A stretch of 64,000 bases of DNA from Antedon mediterranea (GCF_964355755.1 NC_092675.1:29112912-29176911), one strand, 5' to 3'. Positions 1-15,149 are shown, numbered from the stretch's first letter. Notes: generated by a model from the letters alone, not told the origin. A program made the numbers and translations.

Positions 1-2122
1 AGATATAGAATGTTGACTGGTTTGTTGCGTTATGAGATGTAGAAGCCATGGGTAAAACAGGATCGAGAACATACAGTGAATTTTAATTACAGAAGGGATA
101 TTTTATTATTAAGGATTGTATATATTGAAATGTGTATATTATTTTTTATTAAGAGTTGATAGGTGAATTGAAATATCACTGGTACATCCAACCGAAACAA
201 TTAGCATGCTCAAAGATTGGTTTTAAAATATGGCTTATGTAAAAGAATAGAATTTTTAAAATGTTAATCAAATTTTAAATTAATTAGATTTTCTAAGGGT
301 TTCAGAATTAACTGCTAAAAAAGATCAAAACTTAACATTTATTAAAATAGTTAATCTATGTTACTTAGATTTTCTTCCACTGTCTCTTCCATATTTTAAA
401 TATTTATTTGCATCACCCAAAGGCCTCTCACTTTATAACATATAAAGGTTCTTAAACAAATGAAAATAAATTAATTTGTATTTTAATTATGTTTCTGAAT
501 TGAATGAATGTTGACCCTTGACCTGCAACTTATCGTACATTTGAAATGTACAAAATATATGTGTCAAATTATGTTGTATTATTTTAATGCATTTTATTTC
601 TTTGTAAAAATAGTTTTTAATTCTCACATGAAAGAGATGTTTCAATGAATTAACTGTTTAAAGTGAATTAAATATTTAAAAGTCAAACAGGGTAGTTTTA
701 CACATAAGAAATGGAAATAATATTAAATTACAATAAACAAGATGTAGAGAAAACAAAATCTGTAGAATGAATTTGAATAAAACCATAGATAGCAATACAC
801 AAAATTAATTCTGAACAGTTGACTGTGAAAATATGAAGTGAAACATTTTTTAACCAATCAAAGGTCAACATTTTTATTTTTAATAATAATAATAATAATT
901 AATAAGGTTATTTGTAACTTCTGTACAGAAAAAGACAATTAAGCATGTTATAAATAAAATAAGTTTATATAAACTATCATCACGCATTCATGTGGTAGTG
1001 TTGATTCTTAGGCTACACTAGCAAACTTTTGTGTTCTGCTGCATACTCCGAGTATTTTAGTCTCTGTTACTGCAGGATCACATGACTACAAAGACTCTTA
1101 TTGATTGGCTGACAAACTTTAGCAAACTAGTTGGTCAAGAAGGTGCATGGCCTAACTTCTGAAAACTAGTTTTCTGCAGTTTAGCAAAGGTTTTCAAATG
1201 TTTGTATACACTTGCAGTTTGTTTAAGTTTGCATTTACTAAAGTTTGTTAGTGTAGACTAGTCTTTACATAATTGGATTAAGTTAGTATTATCTTTTTAT
1301 ATTATTTTAAGGAGATAACACATACGTTATGCTTGATATATATCTTAACACAGTCAAAGACTGACTGCCTATACTCAGATTTAAAATGTAGTAAATCTTA
1401 GACTACAGGTATAACCTGATTGAAACGGTTTCTTTTACGTCGTAAACAACCAAAGTATTATTTTAGGTTTTCTATATTATCTTGACTTGGTAGAAACAAT
1501 CAGCCAATATTTTATATATTGTCAAGGAGGACATCGTTATAGGGAGGGGATTCAGGCAAAATACAACCATTATATTTATCTTTCTTTGGATTGAAGCCCT
1601 TATAAAAAAAACCTTGTCCAGAGAAACCAAAAGTTTTTTTATGTGAAATAAATTCAAATTTGTTTTGTCAAATTATATTTTTGGGGCCGTTGCAATTAAT
1701 TAATCCTTTCTTAGTTTTCATTTGAGTTTTGTTTGTTTACAGTGCTTCAATGTATATAACAACTTATTTTAAAAGTATTATTACTATTAAGTTTGAATTT
1801 TTTTTTGTTAAATATTAAAACTGTTGTTAACCTGTGCACCTAGTGCGAGATGTGAAAGTTATCTATAATTATAGAGAAGATGAAAGTATATTTTCAACGA
1901 TCAAAACATGTATAAAAGGCTATTTTTGTGTGTTTATTATGCATACGGTTATTACTATTAAGTTAACAATTGCTTAAGGCTTGTATTAAACATGGTTATA
2001 TTACACCTCTCTTAAAATATACTCATAAGTCTGCTGTGAAAGACTATAACAGAAGTGTTCATGTTTTTATAGAAGTCAGAAAATTCATGCAAGATATGGG
2101 TACTGCAGATGATGCACATTTA

Positions 2123-2228
2123 AGCTTGGTTCCCACTAGGACTGTGTTGACCAAATGACAAGCAACATTGGTCAACTCACTTACGTTGCGTTACGTCCTT
2201 GTGTTGCATCTCTAGTGGGAACCAAGCA
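2123..2228. mobile_element. MITE family B copy
   Basis: AGCTTGGTTCCCACTAG...CTAGTGGGAACCAAGCA flanked by TTA. Confidence 0.72.
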
Positions 2229-5200
2229 TTACTGTACTTCAATGTTCTGTTAATCCCAAATTTGTTTTGAAATACTGCAAATTCCTTAATAATTATGTCT
2301 TAAATTGGCACGGATTATAAATACTGTTAATTCCTAGGTTATAAATGTTAATTGAATTGAAAATAAATTTCTGTTATAATACTAGAAATTCCTGATAAAG
2401 CACAATGTTCTAGAGATCGAGGTTTTATTTGACAGTGAAGTATAAATTAAGTGATTAATTGAAAGAGTAATTTTTTATTTTGTTGCCCTTTTATGCGGTC
2501 ATGCCATTTGATTTTAAAATCTTGGATATAAGTTTTAAATGTTTTCCAGTTTTTTTAACTCACTACTAATTAAAAGTTTATTTAGAAGTGTGGTTAGTTT
2601 TGTAATTTTTGAAATTTAAATGTGAATGTTGTAGGATAACCAGATTCTTGCAACCTATCTGTAGAATTGTGCATAGGTGTGGACGGCACAACTATCATTC
2701 ATCTCCCCTAAAGGGTGGGGGGGGGGGGGTGGTGGGGGTCCCTTCGCAACCAATTTTGATTTTGGCTGATGCTTACATATTAGAATGTTTTCATTTGTCC
2801 CTAGTTGGAACGTAATGTTTAATTTATAATTTTAGCATGTTCGGGATGCGTTTTTATTATGATGAAGTAACCTGTGTTAAAATGTATTTTATCACAAACT
2901 AATGAATTGTTTATTGGAGTGCAATGCTATTTAAAAAAGGTTTTTTTTCTGTGCCAAATTTTTCGAATGCTATAAACCAAATAGTGTTAATCTGTAGATG
3001 GTTGCAGAAAAGTTTCTCAATTGGATTTGAAGGTTAAATTCTGTTAAAATGCTTATTTTGCTAAACATGTAGATCTCGCAAAATTCATAAATTACATTAC
3101 ACGTGTCTGAACTATAATTAGTAGTTTCATTTATGTTTAAGTGAATTTTACGGTATTTATTTTGCAAAAACTTGACGTTACTTGACTTAATGTTGCAGAC
3201 ATTCCAATAAAAAGGAAAACAAAAGTTGCGAATCTTTGGATATAGTTGAGGATGGGCAGAAGTTGCAACATGTCATGTAATAAATTTTTACGTAAGTGGA
3301 TAGAATAATTGATAACTGTGCCTTGATTAACATTGATTTTAAACAAGTTGAAGTGTATTCATCCCTTGCTATTTTTTTTTAGAACTTTTCCTTCAAATTA
3401 AATTATAAATTGTACAGCTATCATTTCATAATAACCATATATGGGCACATCATTACTGTATTTGGGCATATTATTATAGTTTATAACCATACGTGGGCAC
3501 ATTACTATATTTGGGCATGTCATAGTTTTATGGAACAGGTGGTATGTTAAGCAATTAGCTAAATGTTTCAAACTACATCTTTATAAATGAGGCAAGGTAG
3601 ACCAACTGTTTGTAATGTTGTAAATGATGTTTAAATTCTGCAAAATAAGAGTATTTTTATGCAGAATAAATTAGTTTTATATTGTGGGGACAACATTTAC
3701 ATATTCAGCTGATATAAATTTGTATTATTGTTTTGTAATGAATAATATATTTGTATGAATGATTTTTGGTCTGTCTTGCTGATGTTGTAATCTTTTTAAC
3801 AATTTTTTTTTTCTTGCAATGTTTTGCCTGACTTCAATATTAAGAGCGTAAACTAGACATTATATTCAATAACAAGTATATTCGAGAAGTGTACAGTTTG
3901 TATAATATGCATACAGCTTGAAAAAAAATATACCATGCACAAAATTACTAAAAGATTTGTCTTTGATTGTTTTCTGTCCATATCTGCTTTCTGTTTGTCG
4001 CCCTCTCTTGGAAATAAGCAAGTCTTGTGTTGTGTCTGCAACCAAATTATGTTCCACATACAGTACTTAAATGAACAAACAAATTTTCTTGGAATCTTTG
4101 ATGAAGACTCATTTTAGGTTGAACAGGGAATTGCTAATTAACGACCAGAATTTAGTATATTCAAACCTGATTCGATAGAAAAACCTTGTTACTGCCCTCA
4201 ACATGTCAGTAGTCAATTGTCAGTTTTACACAAACACACAAAGTTCTGTTTAGTTATAAAAAAAATTATTTACTGTATAGTGTTTTAATTATCTATCAGT
4301 ATCAAAATACAAATTCAAAACTAGGCAAAATTGTTTGCCTCACAAAACCTTACAAGAGCAATTTAGTTTATCTGTTTAAAATGTGTCCATGAAAAAGGAA
4401 TAATCATTTTTATTAATCTGCCGGAAGGAGACAAGAAGTCTGTAATTTTGATCCATTTTATTGTTGATGATATAAGCCTAGTTTAGCATATCATTCCATT
4501 GTGTAGACATTCTGATGAGCGATGAACAAATCAGTAACTTTTAAAGTTCTGGCCAATTGGACACCAGGTGTCGTCAACGTCATTGACACGTTCACCTGCA
4601 GTGCGGTTAATTGACTAGAAAATCAAGAGAACGAACATACGCGATATAATTATTTCACGGTTCAGCCTACAAACAGCGACTTTTCCACAACTCATTAAAT
4701 AAAATATAAATATCAGCTTTTTATCGATCATTTCTATTACCATTTATTGTCACCATTTCTTAGCAAATTGCTATTTTCTTGCTCAAATCAGAAAACAATC
4801 ACAAAATATTCTTAAAAATTAAATTATAACCAGAATTGCAACCAGAAAACATGCATTTCTTTACATTTAATAAATAACATATACTGTATTATTACTGCAG
4901 TATTATTTCATCATGTCCATTTTGGATATTTACTGCATTTGTAATCGACAAAAACAAGAAAATGTAATTGAAATACAAACTATTAACCTAATTAAACCAA
5001 AGTGAGCTGTTTTGTTTTGATAACACCTATTACTCAAATTTTACATTTAAAAATTAAAACTAAACAACAAAGCTATAACCTTGGTTCGAACAGGGATTCA
5101 CTCTTCCCTGGTTCGAACAATAATAGGTAAATCTAGGCAATTAAAAACATGAACAACTTAAAAAGCAAGCAAAGCAACTATTAATGAATGGCATAGCACC

Positions 5201-5698
5201 TATAATTGTTTCGTCTTTCCCTTATGTGGCAGGTACAGTACCCACGCCAGTAACTATGTTGTTTTGTGAGTTTATATTTGTTGGGTCAAATGCATCATAC
5301 TCATTTCAAAGGTAAATTACTAAAAAACTAAATTAAATATTACCTTTTATCATTACAATAAATATGTATATACAGTGGTTTATGCAGAGTGTACTCACAT
5401 GGAGTGTGTAGAACGTGTTTGGTACATCACTTTCATTGAACTGTTTTTAGCTTTTTAAAGCTTGTTCAAGGTTATTTACAACAAATACATCACATAGGAT
5501 TGTCGTAACACACATCTAAGTCAATAACTTACTATTCTAGTATAATAAATAAAAGACATTTTTATCTTTACAGACAATTATATAACAGTTAGTGGATGCT
5601 AATTGATCCTCTTAATAGTTACAGCTCTCATAAGTACAATTATTGCAAGCTAAGACTAGGATTAAACAATTGCATTGATTCCTCTACTTAAGTAATTA

Positions 5699-5824
5699 AG
5701 CCTGGTTCCCATTAGGACGCTGACCAATCACACGCGACTGTTCGAATAATCTATCGCTTGTGATTGGTCAAATCACTTTGCGTTGAGCTACGTTCTTACG
5801 TTGTGTCCTAGTGGAAACCGAGCT
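5699..5824. mobile_element. MITE family B copy
   Basis: AGCCTGGTTCCCATTAG...CTAGTGGAAACCGAGCT flanked by TTA on both sides. Confidence 0.72.
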
Positions 5825-6937
5825 TTATTCCATGCTCTGCTGCAGTGGCATGGCCAGAGAAGATGAACAAGAAATCACTCATCTGTTATGGAATGGATTT
5901 TGGCAATATATTATGAATGAATGCTTTCTTGCCATCATTTGGCGTCTCTTGGCCATCTCACTTCTAAATATCTCACCCATTTGGTTAAAACATTGCGTTA
6001 TTTATAAATACGAATAAAAACACAGGTATATATTCACATTAGAATATTTGTATCCAAAAAATATACTATCTTTAAAGATCGTACCAAGAGTAAATATAAT
6101 CTATAGCACTATATACACCTTTAAAAAACAGCATTTATTTAATAATTTAATGCGATTGTTTAACTTTTAATTGCATTGGCTAAGCAAATGGAGTGTTTCT
6201 ATAGATACAGGAAGATCATTACCTAACACTAATTTGTTTTTTTTTGTATTTTTATTTATTTTTTATAATTTTTTTTTAACATTTTAAATATTTATTTTGT
6301 TTTTTTTAAATATTTTTTTATTTTAGTACAAACTTGAGTTTTCTATTCTCTCTTTTGTTTTTTTGTTTTTTTGTGGTGGTTTTTAGGTTTTTTTTAACAG
6401 TCTATACAGTATTATTATACACACATTTTACTCATTATTGATATCAGCAACATTGTCTTTGTGTTGTTTAGAGTGTCTATATATGGCAATTTTTTCAACA
6501 TCAACATGATTAAGTTAATTTTGATTTGGCAAGTTAGTCTTGGCTGTGTGGCAAGAACATCAAATTTAATTAAATGCTCTAAAAAGGCAGAATAATTTTC
6601 TCGTAGAGCACACTGGTCATTTTCATCATCACATTTAATAATGCCAATTGTAAATGATGATGCAGAATATAATATTTACAGTACCAAAAGAAGATGCATA
6701 ACTTCAAGGAAGTGCATAAATTGTCATGTTTAACCTAATGTGTGGAAGATAGAATATTACTATTATAAAAAATTACTATAAAAAGTATAGAAAAAATATA
6801 CAACTTATGAGTCTGAGGAAATGTACAAAGTTATCTTATATACTGTTGTTTATGAAATGATCTATAACAGTAAATAATAAATAATATGAAGTTATGCATT
6901 TAAGCAAATGTATACAATCCATCACCTAGCACCAATA

Positions 6938-7233
6938 AGGCTATGTTCACACTCACAGCACAGGAGCGGATCTAGAGGGAGCACTACGGGATCCTCTGGA
7001 TCCGCCCCTGCAGCGTTTGTTTCCAATTCAACGCAGCGTTAATTTTGTCTAACACTAGCGTTTGAACTGTAATTTCCGTCATCGCTGATGGCGGCCATGT
7101 CTGTTCGTGGCCAGCGTAAAAATCACTGTTGCCTCTCTCGTCTGTATTTGAATTCCAGATGTTGGGTATCCCAGACACAGTGTACCTAAGTCACATGCTA
7201 CCAACCTTTCAGTCGTGAGTGTGAACATACCCT
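6938..7233. mobile_element. Harbinger-like MITE in the SLC6 3' region
   Basis: AGGCTATGTTCACACTCAC...GTGAGTGTGAACATACCCT inverted termini, with a small GC-rich hairpin insert at 6961-7010. Confidence 0.62.
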
Positions 7234-7632
7234 TGTACATATTATATATACAGTATTTACACAATTATGCTTAATAATTATATATATACAATATATACAT
7301 ATATGTTGAAATACATACAATGTTTACATATTAATGTATAAACAATTATACCAGATAATGTATTCATATTATAATATTGCTGATAATGTTTAACATAATC
7401 ATTTGACATACATTACATGATTACATATTCTTCATCATGTTATTGTAGCAACATTCAATGTTGTTACGTACAATACATTTTGCTTATTTTGTATGTTTAA
7501 GCAAACCTACTAGTTACAAGGGTTTAAACATTCATTATTGACTGCTGCGATGACATTTCACTAAAGGAATTTGTAGGTTTTTGCATTATACATGTGCTTT
7601 CCTTTTTACTGAATTTTTCCTAATTACTAATC

Positions 7633-10600
7633 TCAAACTTGTACTCCATTCACGTCATCGTAAGTAACTTTACCATCATAGCTATAGTCAATCATGGCCT
7701 GGGGGTCAAGGTCAGGGTCACCTCCCATTGTTGTTCCATTTCGTTGATGTACTTCAAAAGCCTCTCTTCGGTGGTCAACAAGTGCTGGACCCCATGTATC
7801 AGTTGAACTGGCCATTACTTTCAATCGCTATAATAAAATAAAATAAATATTATTTATACTTTCTGGGTTTCTTCTTCACTCATAAATAAAACTGAACTGA
7901 AGTATATGTGTGATACATGTTAAGCTTTGCATCCACTATCAAACTATAGTTTGACAAAAAAAGTGTGATGTACCGAAATATGGCAGTGATTTGCCCAAAT
8001 ATGGTAGTGATATGACATCATTAAGTCCATATATGGGCACACATCACATTTTTTTGTCACATAAAGTTTGATAGTGTAGACAAAGCTTTCGTCATCCAAC
8101 CATTACACGATAAAGCACCAACAAAAATGTTTTGTATTACTCATAGTAACTTACGTCAAGAGCGGAACCTTTCTGCTTAATGAAATCATAGATGGCAAGT
8201 CCAGGAATGGGCACAACAGCAGTAGCGTACAGGAACCAACCAATCACATGAGCCCAGTCGGGAAAATCAGAATCTCCGACAGTAGGAGCTGTCCAGTTAG
8301 CCCAGTCAAATAAAACGACAGCCTGGAAAAGACAAAATTAAATATTTTGTTATTGAATAATTTTAGTAATATCTTTTGTATTGATAGATACACATTATGT
8401 AATCATCATACCACCATTGCCAACTATTGATTCCTAATTAGCAAAGTGTAATAGATAATTTGTTTGTTTTTCACCTAATTGTTTAATTCTATTGATCAAA
8501 TTCTAGGTGACCTTCTTCTTGTATTTATATTCAATTTATGTACAATATTTGTGTTTTATTTAAATGTGTGTTGAGTTAAATTCACAAATAAATTTCCTCT
8601 TACTGATAATATTACAGGTGTAATAGCAAGCCAGTTGAGAGGCCACCAGTAGAAGAGAGGTGAATCCACAATGCGGTCACCGACCATCGTACGGATATCA
8701 TTAACGAATCTCTTGTAACCATACAACCACGCAATTCCAATGCATTCTCCGAGACCGTATAACAGGATTGGGTTTGCTACGTATGAATCGATTAATGCAA
8801 CCCAGTAATTACCAGCCTGAAATTACAAAATGATATGTAATTATTATTAATTATGCAAATATGTAAATTATTATTAATTATGCAAATTATTCAATACAGA
8901 AATCAACTTGATATAAATTTAATTGTAAATAACAAACTTTAATATCTTAATGTTTTTGATGAAGATAAAATAAAAAAATAGAAAATAAATTTAAATAAAT
9001 TAGGCCTATTAAATACAGAAACATAATTGTCGTGTTTAAAGAAAAATGATTTATACTTCAGAGTTTTAGAGCTATAGTAAGATATAAATGACAACTTATG
9101 TTTTTTTTAAATATATTTCTTTGATATTAATACTTATTGCATGAATCATTCATACTTTTATTTTATCATATTTAATGTCTAGTGTATATACCGTAATCTA
9201 CTTATCCATACCTGAGATACACACAGTAAGCCAATGAAAAAGCTAAACGAACAAAAAGCCCCAAGTACGTATAATTTCTTCTTCCTCAACTGCTTTGGAT
9301 ATTCGTCGATAACCGCTGTGATTATTGTTTCAACAATTACAAACTAGAACAAATTGAAAAATTAGAACACATAAGCTATGGTGAGTGGAAACACACGCTT
9401 AGTCAATTTAGTGTGAAGTGAGCACTTTAAGTACATGGAAATAGACACTTACATTGAGAATATGGCATGAATAACAAAAGATAGATATAGTTATAATAGC
9501 ATTAGGAGGTTTAAATTAAAAAAAGTATTTGCTATTTGAAGAAGGATTAATTGTTAATCTCCAGCATATTGTCTGTTTTACATCCTGTATTAAAGGCTAG
9601 AAAATTGTGAATAAGCAAAATACCAACCTGGCTATCAAGTCCAAGAGTTAGCAACATGAAGAAAAACAGGAATGCCCATACTGGAGCGCCAGGCAGACTA
9701 GCAACAGCTGAGGGATACGCGATGAACGCTAAACCAAAAGCTGAAAGAACAATCGTCAAAATATTTATGATTTAGTGAATTTCTAACTCCATTTTTCCCT
9801 TTAATCTGTCTTTTATAAAATATAAATCAGTATTTATTCTGGGTTGATTTGGATTAAAAAAGATTTTGATATGTAATTATATTACTTTTTAATATGTGTA
9901 TCCATCACACATTGGTTCATATAACAACCCTTTCTACCTTCTAATTATTGCAATACTTCTTTGTTACTTACATTGTGTGACCACGTCCTCAATTGGCTTA
10001 TCAAGTTGTTGTGCCATGTACCCAATGATAGAGAAGATCACAAAACCAGCTAATAAACTTGTTAAACAGTTCAAAATTGGGATGATCATAGCATCTCTGT
10101 TGGAAAAAAAAAATTTAAATTATAAAGTTTTATTTCCACAATGTAAATACAAAAGTTGTTATAATTAGAAATTGTACTTGTACTGGAAAAAACTAATAAG
10201 TTTTAAAGAGCTTTAAGGTTTCTTAGTTATATTACTGAAATTTATAATATTATACCTGAAGCAGTTGTTTCGGAATTTGTTGTATGAAGCTAAAGTGATG
10301 AGTCCGCCCCATGAAGCACTGAGGGAGTAGAAGATCTGAACGGCGGCGTCTTTCCAAACTTTAGGGTCCTTCAATCGGTGCCATTGTGGTGTGATGAAGT
10401 ACTTGATACCTTCTTGGTGTCCATCAAGAGTTAGGCCCTTGATCAGCAGAATGATAAGGACAACGTATGGGAAAGTGGCTGTGAAGTAGACTACCTTCCC
10501 TGATGATTTGATTCCCTTGGCTAAGCAAACAAAAACAATACCCCAGGCTAGCAGGAGACACAGACCTAGTTCCCACACAACATAGCCGGTGTCATTGATG

Positions 10601-13600
10601 CTATCAGATCTCTGTAAAGCCTCATATCTGGGGAGAAGAGCATAACAATTCATCAAACCACTATTCACTTTGAATTAAAATACCTAGAAATAACCCCATA
10701 ATCTTTTAGAATGCTTCATGCAGTGTCATTGACGTCACTACCCAAACTGATTATTATCGATTTTTGTTATTTTAATAAGTACCCAGGGTTAATTTTCTGT
10801 CAGTCATGATTCATTACCCCTTTTAATGTTCTACTGAAATTGAAAACAAGCGTCACATTCGACGAGATGTTTTTAAAAACAATCTTTTATTTTGTAGGAT
10901 TGAGAATTAGAAATGGCTAGTTGGAAACAGATCTAAAAATGTAAATACTGTATCAATGTAAAAACTGTATTAATGTGAATTCAAATAAACGAACAAGTAG
11001 TCTGACTTACAAATAAAATTCTTCACTTGCGCCAACACGTTCTTCTCTGAAAGGATCAACGTACAAAGACTTATCCCCGCCCGCACTAATGTTGTACATA
11101 GCCAACTCAGCTTCCGAGTAGTCACTCATGTAAGCACAGGTATTGTTAAATGTGACGAATGTACCGTTGCCGTGTACGCAGTCTTGCACCATCTCTGCAC
11201 AGTTGAAGACTGAGTTCCATGCGTGATCGCAGCCAACCCACGGGAGACTTTTGGTGAGAGATGCGAACATGTAACGTATAGTATATGTGATAATTACGTT
11301 GTAGTAAATACCGACGTAGAATGAAACAGCCATCATTCCATAACCAATGCCTATAAAAAATATGAATACAATATGCTTAGATGGCCATCATTCTCTTCAT
11401 GTAAATGTAAATTGGTTTTGGTTAATTTTATAAATAATAATGACCAATCAAAAGAATGAATATTTCTCCACATAAACTATTATTTTGCATCATGATTGTA
11501 AATATAATAAACTGTACAATGTAATCAAACATTTGTTATCACACAAAAAAAATATGATATTATTACTTACAAAATAATCAGCTTGTTTTAAATTTTAATA
11601 GATATTATCTGCATTTATTTACCCAAATTTAGGGTACATTACAAGCAAGTTATGGGAGATTTACCCACCAAGACTGATAAACACAAAGATTGGATTCAGA
11701 TTATTATCATAAGATATGTGAGACAGTAGCAATATCTGTTGCAATGCCAAGTTAGATGCTTAACTACAATTTTAACATATCGTATCACGAACCTTTACAT
11801 GCGATACAATTTATTTAATCTATGATAAAAAGCTGCATTGCATTTAACCTGCCTGAAGTGTATCTATTTAGCTAGTTTCATGCACCATGACTGGCGTCAA
11901 AATGTTCTAGCGTAATTGCACGGAAGTAGGGCTTTGAAAATTCTACAATTATATTAAGTGAGGATTCGTGACACGCGGGAGTTTCATGCGTCAAATGTAA
12001 CACAATCAAGGACAATACATATAAAATATAATATTAAATTATGGATAAATAATATTTGGATAATCGTTATAGATACGGCACAGTTTTGGATTTGTTCCAA
12101 GCGAAATCAATAAGTCTCATGGAAATGTGACGCTTTCTTTTCAAATAATCTTTGATGAGGATCTTTATATATTTTGGTCGTCGTCCAAGAAATTAAGTTT
12201 TTTTCCCTCTCCTACTGTGCAGGATGCACTAACAAGGAAGTTCTCAAAATGCAGACACGGGGAAAGTACCCTAAAAATTCATAACAACTATCTTTTTGAT
12301 AAAAACTATGAATGAAACATACAGTAGAACAATGCCCTTTCAAAAGTAAATAGTAATACTGCTAAAATGATTCATTTTGTTTCATTTTCTATAAAACCAA
12401 AACAAACCACTTGCAACATACATCAATGACTTTAAAACCACCAATTACAGACCTCCCTATAATAGCAATTGACTCAACAAAACAGTAGGGAAATTTGGCT
12501 TTAGTTAGGGATAGAATGATCTATCTAGTTCTATTTGTCCCATGACCTAGAGGATCAGAAGGTGCGTAGCAGATGAGATACTGCACCGAAGTCCTTCCAT
12601 AGGGAATTAGTAGTTGCACTCATCATGATACGATACACAGGCACATTAAGCCATATCTTCCAGTGGTGCCTAAACCCCTTTCAATGTGCCTAGCAGGACC
12701 CTCTAGCAAGAGTTTATGCACACCGCGGCACAACACCATACAAAATTCTGGTATAAACTCCAGAATTTGTCTAGGAAATTTGTTAGTTTGTGTTTCAAAT
12801 TATAAGGAAATATTTAACATTATTTCCGCAATAGATCTCAAGATTGTAATGTAATTCAAACTACAATAGTAGGCCTATATTCTTTCTTAGTAATTATTTC
12901 ATTTTCTATTTCCTGAAATTAAAACGTACCTCGTAAAATTGGAACTGCACGCCATGAGGTTATAGGTCCGAGACTGCAGTATTGTCCAAAAACCAACTCC
13001 AAAAAAAATAGGGGAATACCAGCAAAAAGCAACATAATTGTGTATGGTATCAAAAATGCACCTGTAAGATAAAAAAGAAGAAAATATATATTTTTTGAAA
13101 GTCCACGTTTTATTTATCATTATTTTCATACTGCATCGAGTATGCAAGAAATCTTAAGCACTGTTTTGCAAATTAATACACATTATTGGGAAGCTATTTA
13201 ATTATTGAGTTACTTAACAAATCAAAAATAAAACAGAAGCACTTTTAATATGAGTCCACTCTGGTCACATGACTGCTCACGCGTGACTCTGCGGTAAAGA
13301 GAAGCGGTAATGACGTACATTACCAACGTCAAATAACTCAGAATATCAATAATTTTCGATCGCAAAAAATTTACTTCTCAAATTAATCTAGAAAAAACAT
13401 TAGGTATTTTCAGAGATAATCTTAAATGTGATTATACCATTTCCTTTGTTTTTTAATTGCAAAATTCTAATATCAATATGTTTCTACTACGGTAATGCTA
13501 AACTTATAAATTTCATGATTTCTTTATATACACCACAATCAATCACAATCACAATCAGAATCACAATCAATCAGAATCACAATCACAATCACAATCACAA

Positions 13601-15149
13601 TCAATCAGAAAGGTATGAATTATCCAGTTACATTTTTTACCAAATTTTGTCAAAAATGATATAAAAAGGCCTATATCAATTATGCAAATAAAATATGTTA
13701 ATTTAAAATACTAATAGTAATAAATATAGTAAAAATTAAAATACGTCTAGAGAGAAGCTCAACAACTGTTTTATTATTATCGTGACATTTAACATAAAAA
13801 AACCCACAAATTTGGCTGCAGTTTTCGACGAAAATTGGCATTGAAAATGTTTGATATTTTGAAGGACGTATTTGACACTTGTAAAAAATCATATTTTCAC
13901 ACGTTTGACAAATGATAATAAGATTATAATTAGTTAATATCATGTGTTAGACTTGTGATACAGTTACAAATAGTACCGTGAGTATGACTAATCATAGTTT
14001 GGCATCAACATCGGTTTAGTAAAGCCCTCATTAATTTATATTCCCTGTCGTCGAGAACATTCTAGTTAACCATATATTCTGTAATCAGTCTTAAATATAC
14101 CGGTATATATATATTTGAACATTTTTATGTAAATTTAAAGTTAACAAAGTAAAAATTATGCAGATTAAAAAATGTATTGGATGAAAATATTTAGATATTA
14201 AGTATTATGTATACAGTATATTTTATTTCTTGAATTATAAATATATGGAAACAGTGAGCGGATGCAGTATTTTGAAATATAATTAGAAATGATTTAAACT
14301 TCAACTTACCCCCTCCATTGGAGTAACATAAATATGGGAAACGCCAGACATTTCCAAGTCCGACTGCGTACCCTAAACATGACAGAAGAAAATCTAATTG
14401 GCCAGACCAGTTTCCACGGACTTCATTTTCGTCTTTACTTGGGAGGTCAACGTCGTCGTGAGGTGCAGAAAAATCACTTGTCGGAACATGGCCACCGTTA
14501 CTTAGGTGTCCATTTTCATCAATTTCAGTTACGTGTCCATCGTCTTTAGGAGGCTAAAATAAAAATATCAATATTTAATACTAATGATATAATGAAATAA
14601 TCCTATATTAACATAATATAGCTTTTTTTTGCAAACAGTGTTTTTATGCATTATTGTGTGGATAACACCGATTTTTCTCCCAACAACAAATCTTAAGAAA
14701 TGTGATGGAGATTATATACACAAAACAAACAAAAACATTAGGTTAACATTAGGTTAACATTAGGTTAACATTAAGTTAACATTAAGTACATTAGGTTAAC
14801 ATTAGGTTAACATTAAGTTAACATTAGGTTAACATTAGGTTACTTAAAATTCTTATAAGTAGCAACAAATGTAATGATTTAACATTAAAATCAAACTACA
14901 TCAAGATTTCCATGAAAATTGTTGAACAGTTGTCCTGAAATATGATATTAAAAATTGAATTACTTTTGGTTTCTGGACAATACTAAACTAAATTAGTTAT
15001 ATTATAACATAATGAAACAAAAAATAGAATTTAAAAAGAAAGTCATAATTCACTCATAACGTTTACCTCCAAACTCTAGCCATGGTGATGGAGGTATAAA
15101 AATATACCTCCATGCTCTAGCCTACCAATCTTACCTTTTGCAATGCCAT
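7633..15149 (-). CDS. SLC6 sodium/chloride-dependent neurotransmitter/amino-acid transporter, glycine transporter (GlyT)-like; 11 coding exons, ~682 aa
   Basis: Exons in transcript order: 15149-15135 (MALQK), 14553-14310, 13061-12930, 11350-11011, 10627-10256, 10096-9972, 9740-9628, 9343-9212, 8816-8604, 8322-8155, 7827-7633. All junctions are GT-AG with matching phases and total 2049 nt. SLC6 signatures: [101 protein letters not shown]. The exact paralog (SLC6A5/9/7/14 group) cannot be assigned. Confidence 0.93.
7923..8087. mobile_element. MITE family A copy in the last SLC6 intron
   Basis: Degenerate left TIR, right TIR AGTTTGATAGTGTAGACAAAGCT, and internal CCCAAATATGG repeats. Confidence 0.72.
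13535..13608. repeat. (ACAATC)n microsatellite
   Basis: Directly visible. Confidence 0.8.
14735..14843. repeat. 11-bp tandem repeat (AACATTAGGTT), ~10 copies
   Basis: Directly visible in the SLC6 intron. Confidence 0.85.
15081..15114. mobile_element. 34-bp CATG-ended hairpin with 7-bp TSD (P-element-like footprint or mini-element)
   Basis: CTCTAGC [CATGGTGATGGAGGTATAAAAATATACCTCCATG] CTCTAGC. Confidence 0.6.

Noticed and set aside
1-4300. Possible terminal exon or 3' UTR of a gene outside the window
   Set aside because: The AT-rich sequence is compatible with a UTR, but no recognisable coding frame or junction supports a call.
14735-14843. Telomere-like TTAGG words
   Set aside because: The period is 11 bp (AACATTAGGTT), not a TTAGG or TTAGGG array; it is an ordinary intronic repeat.
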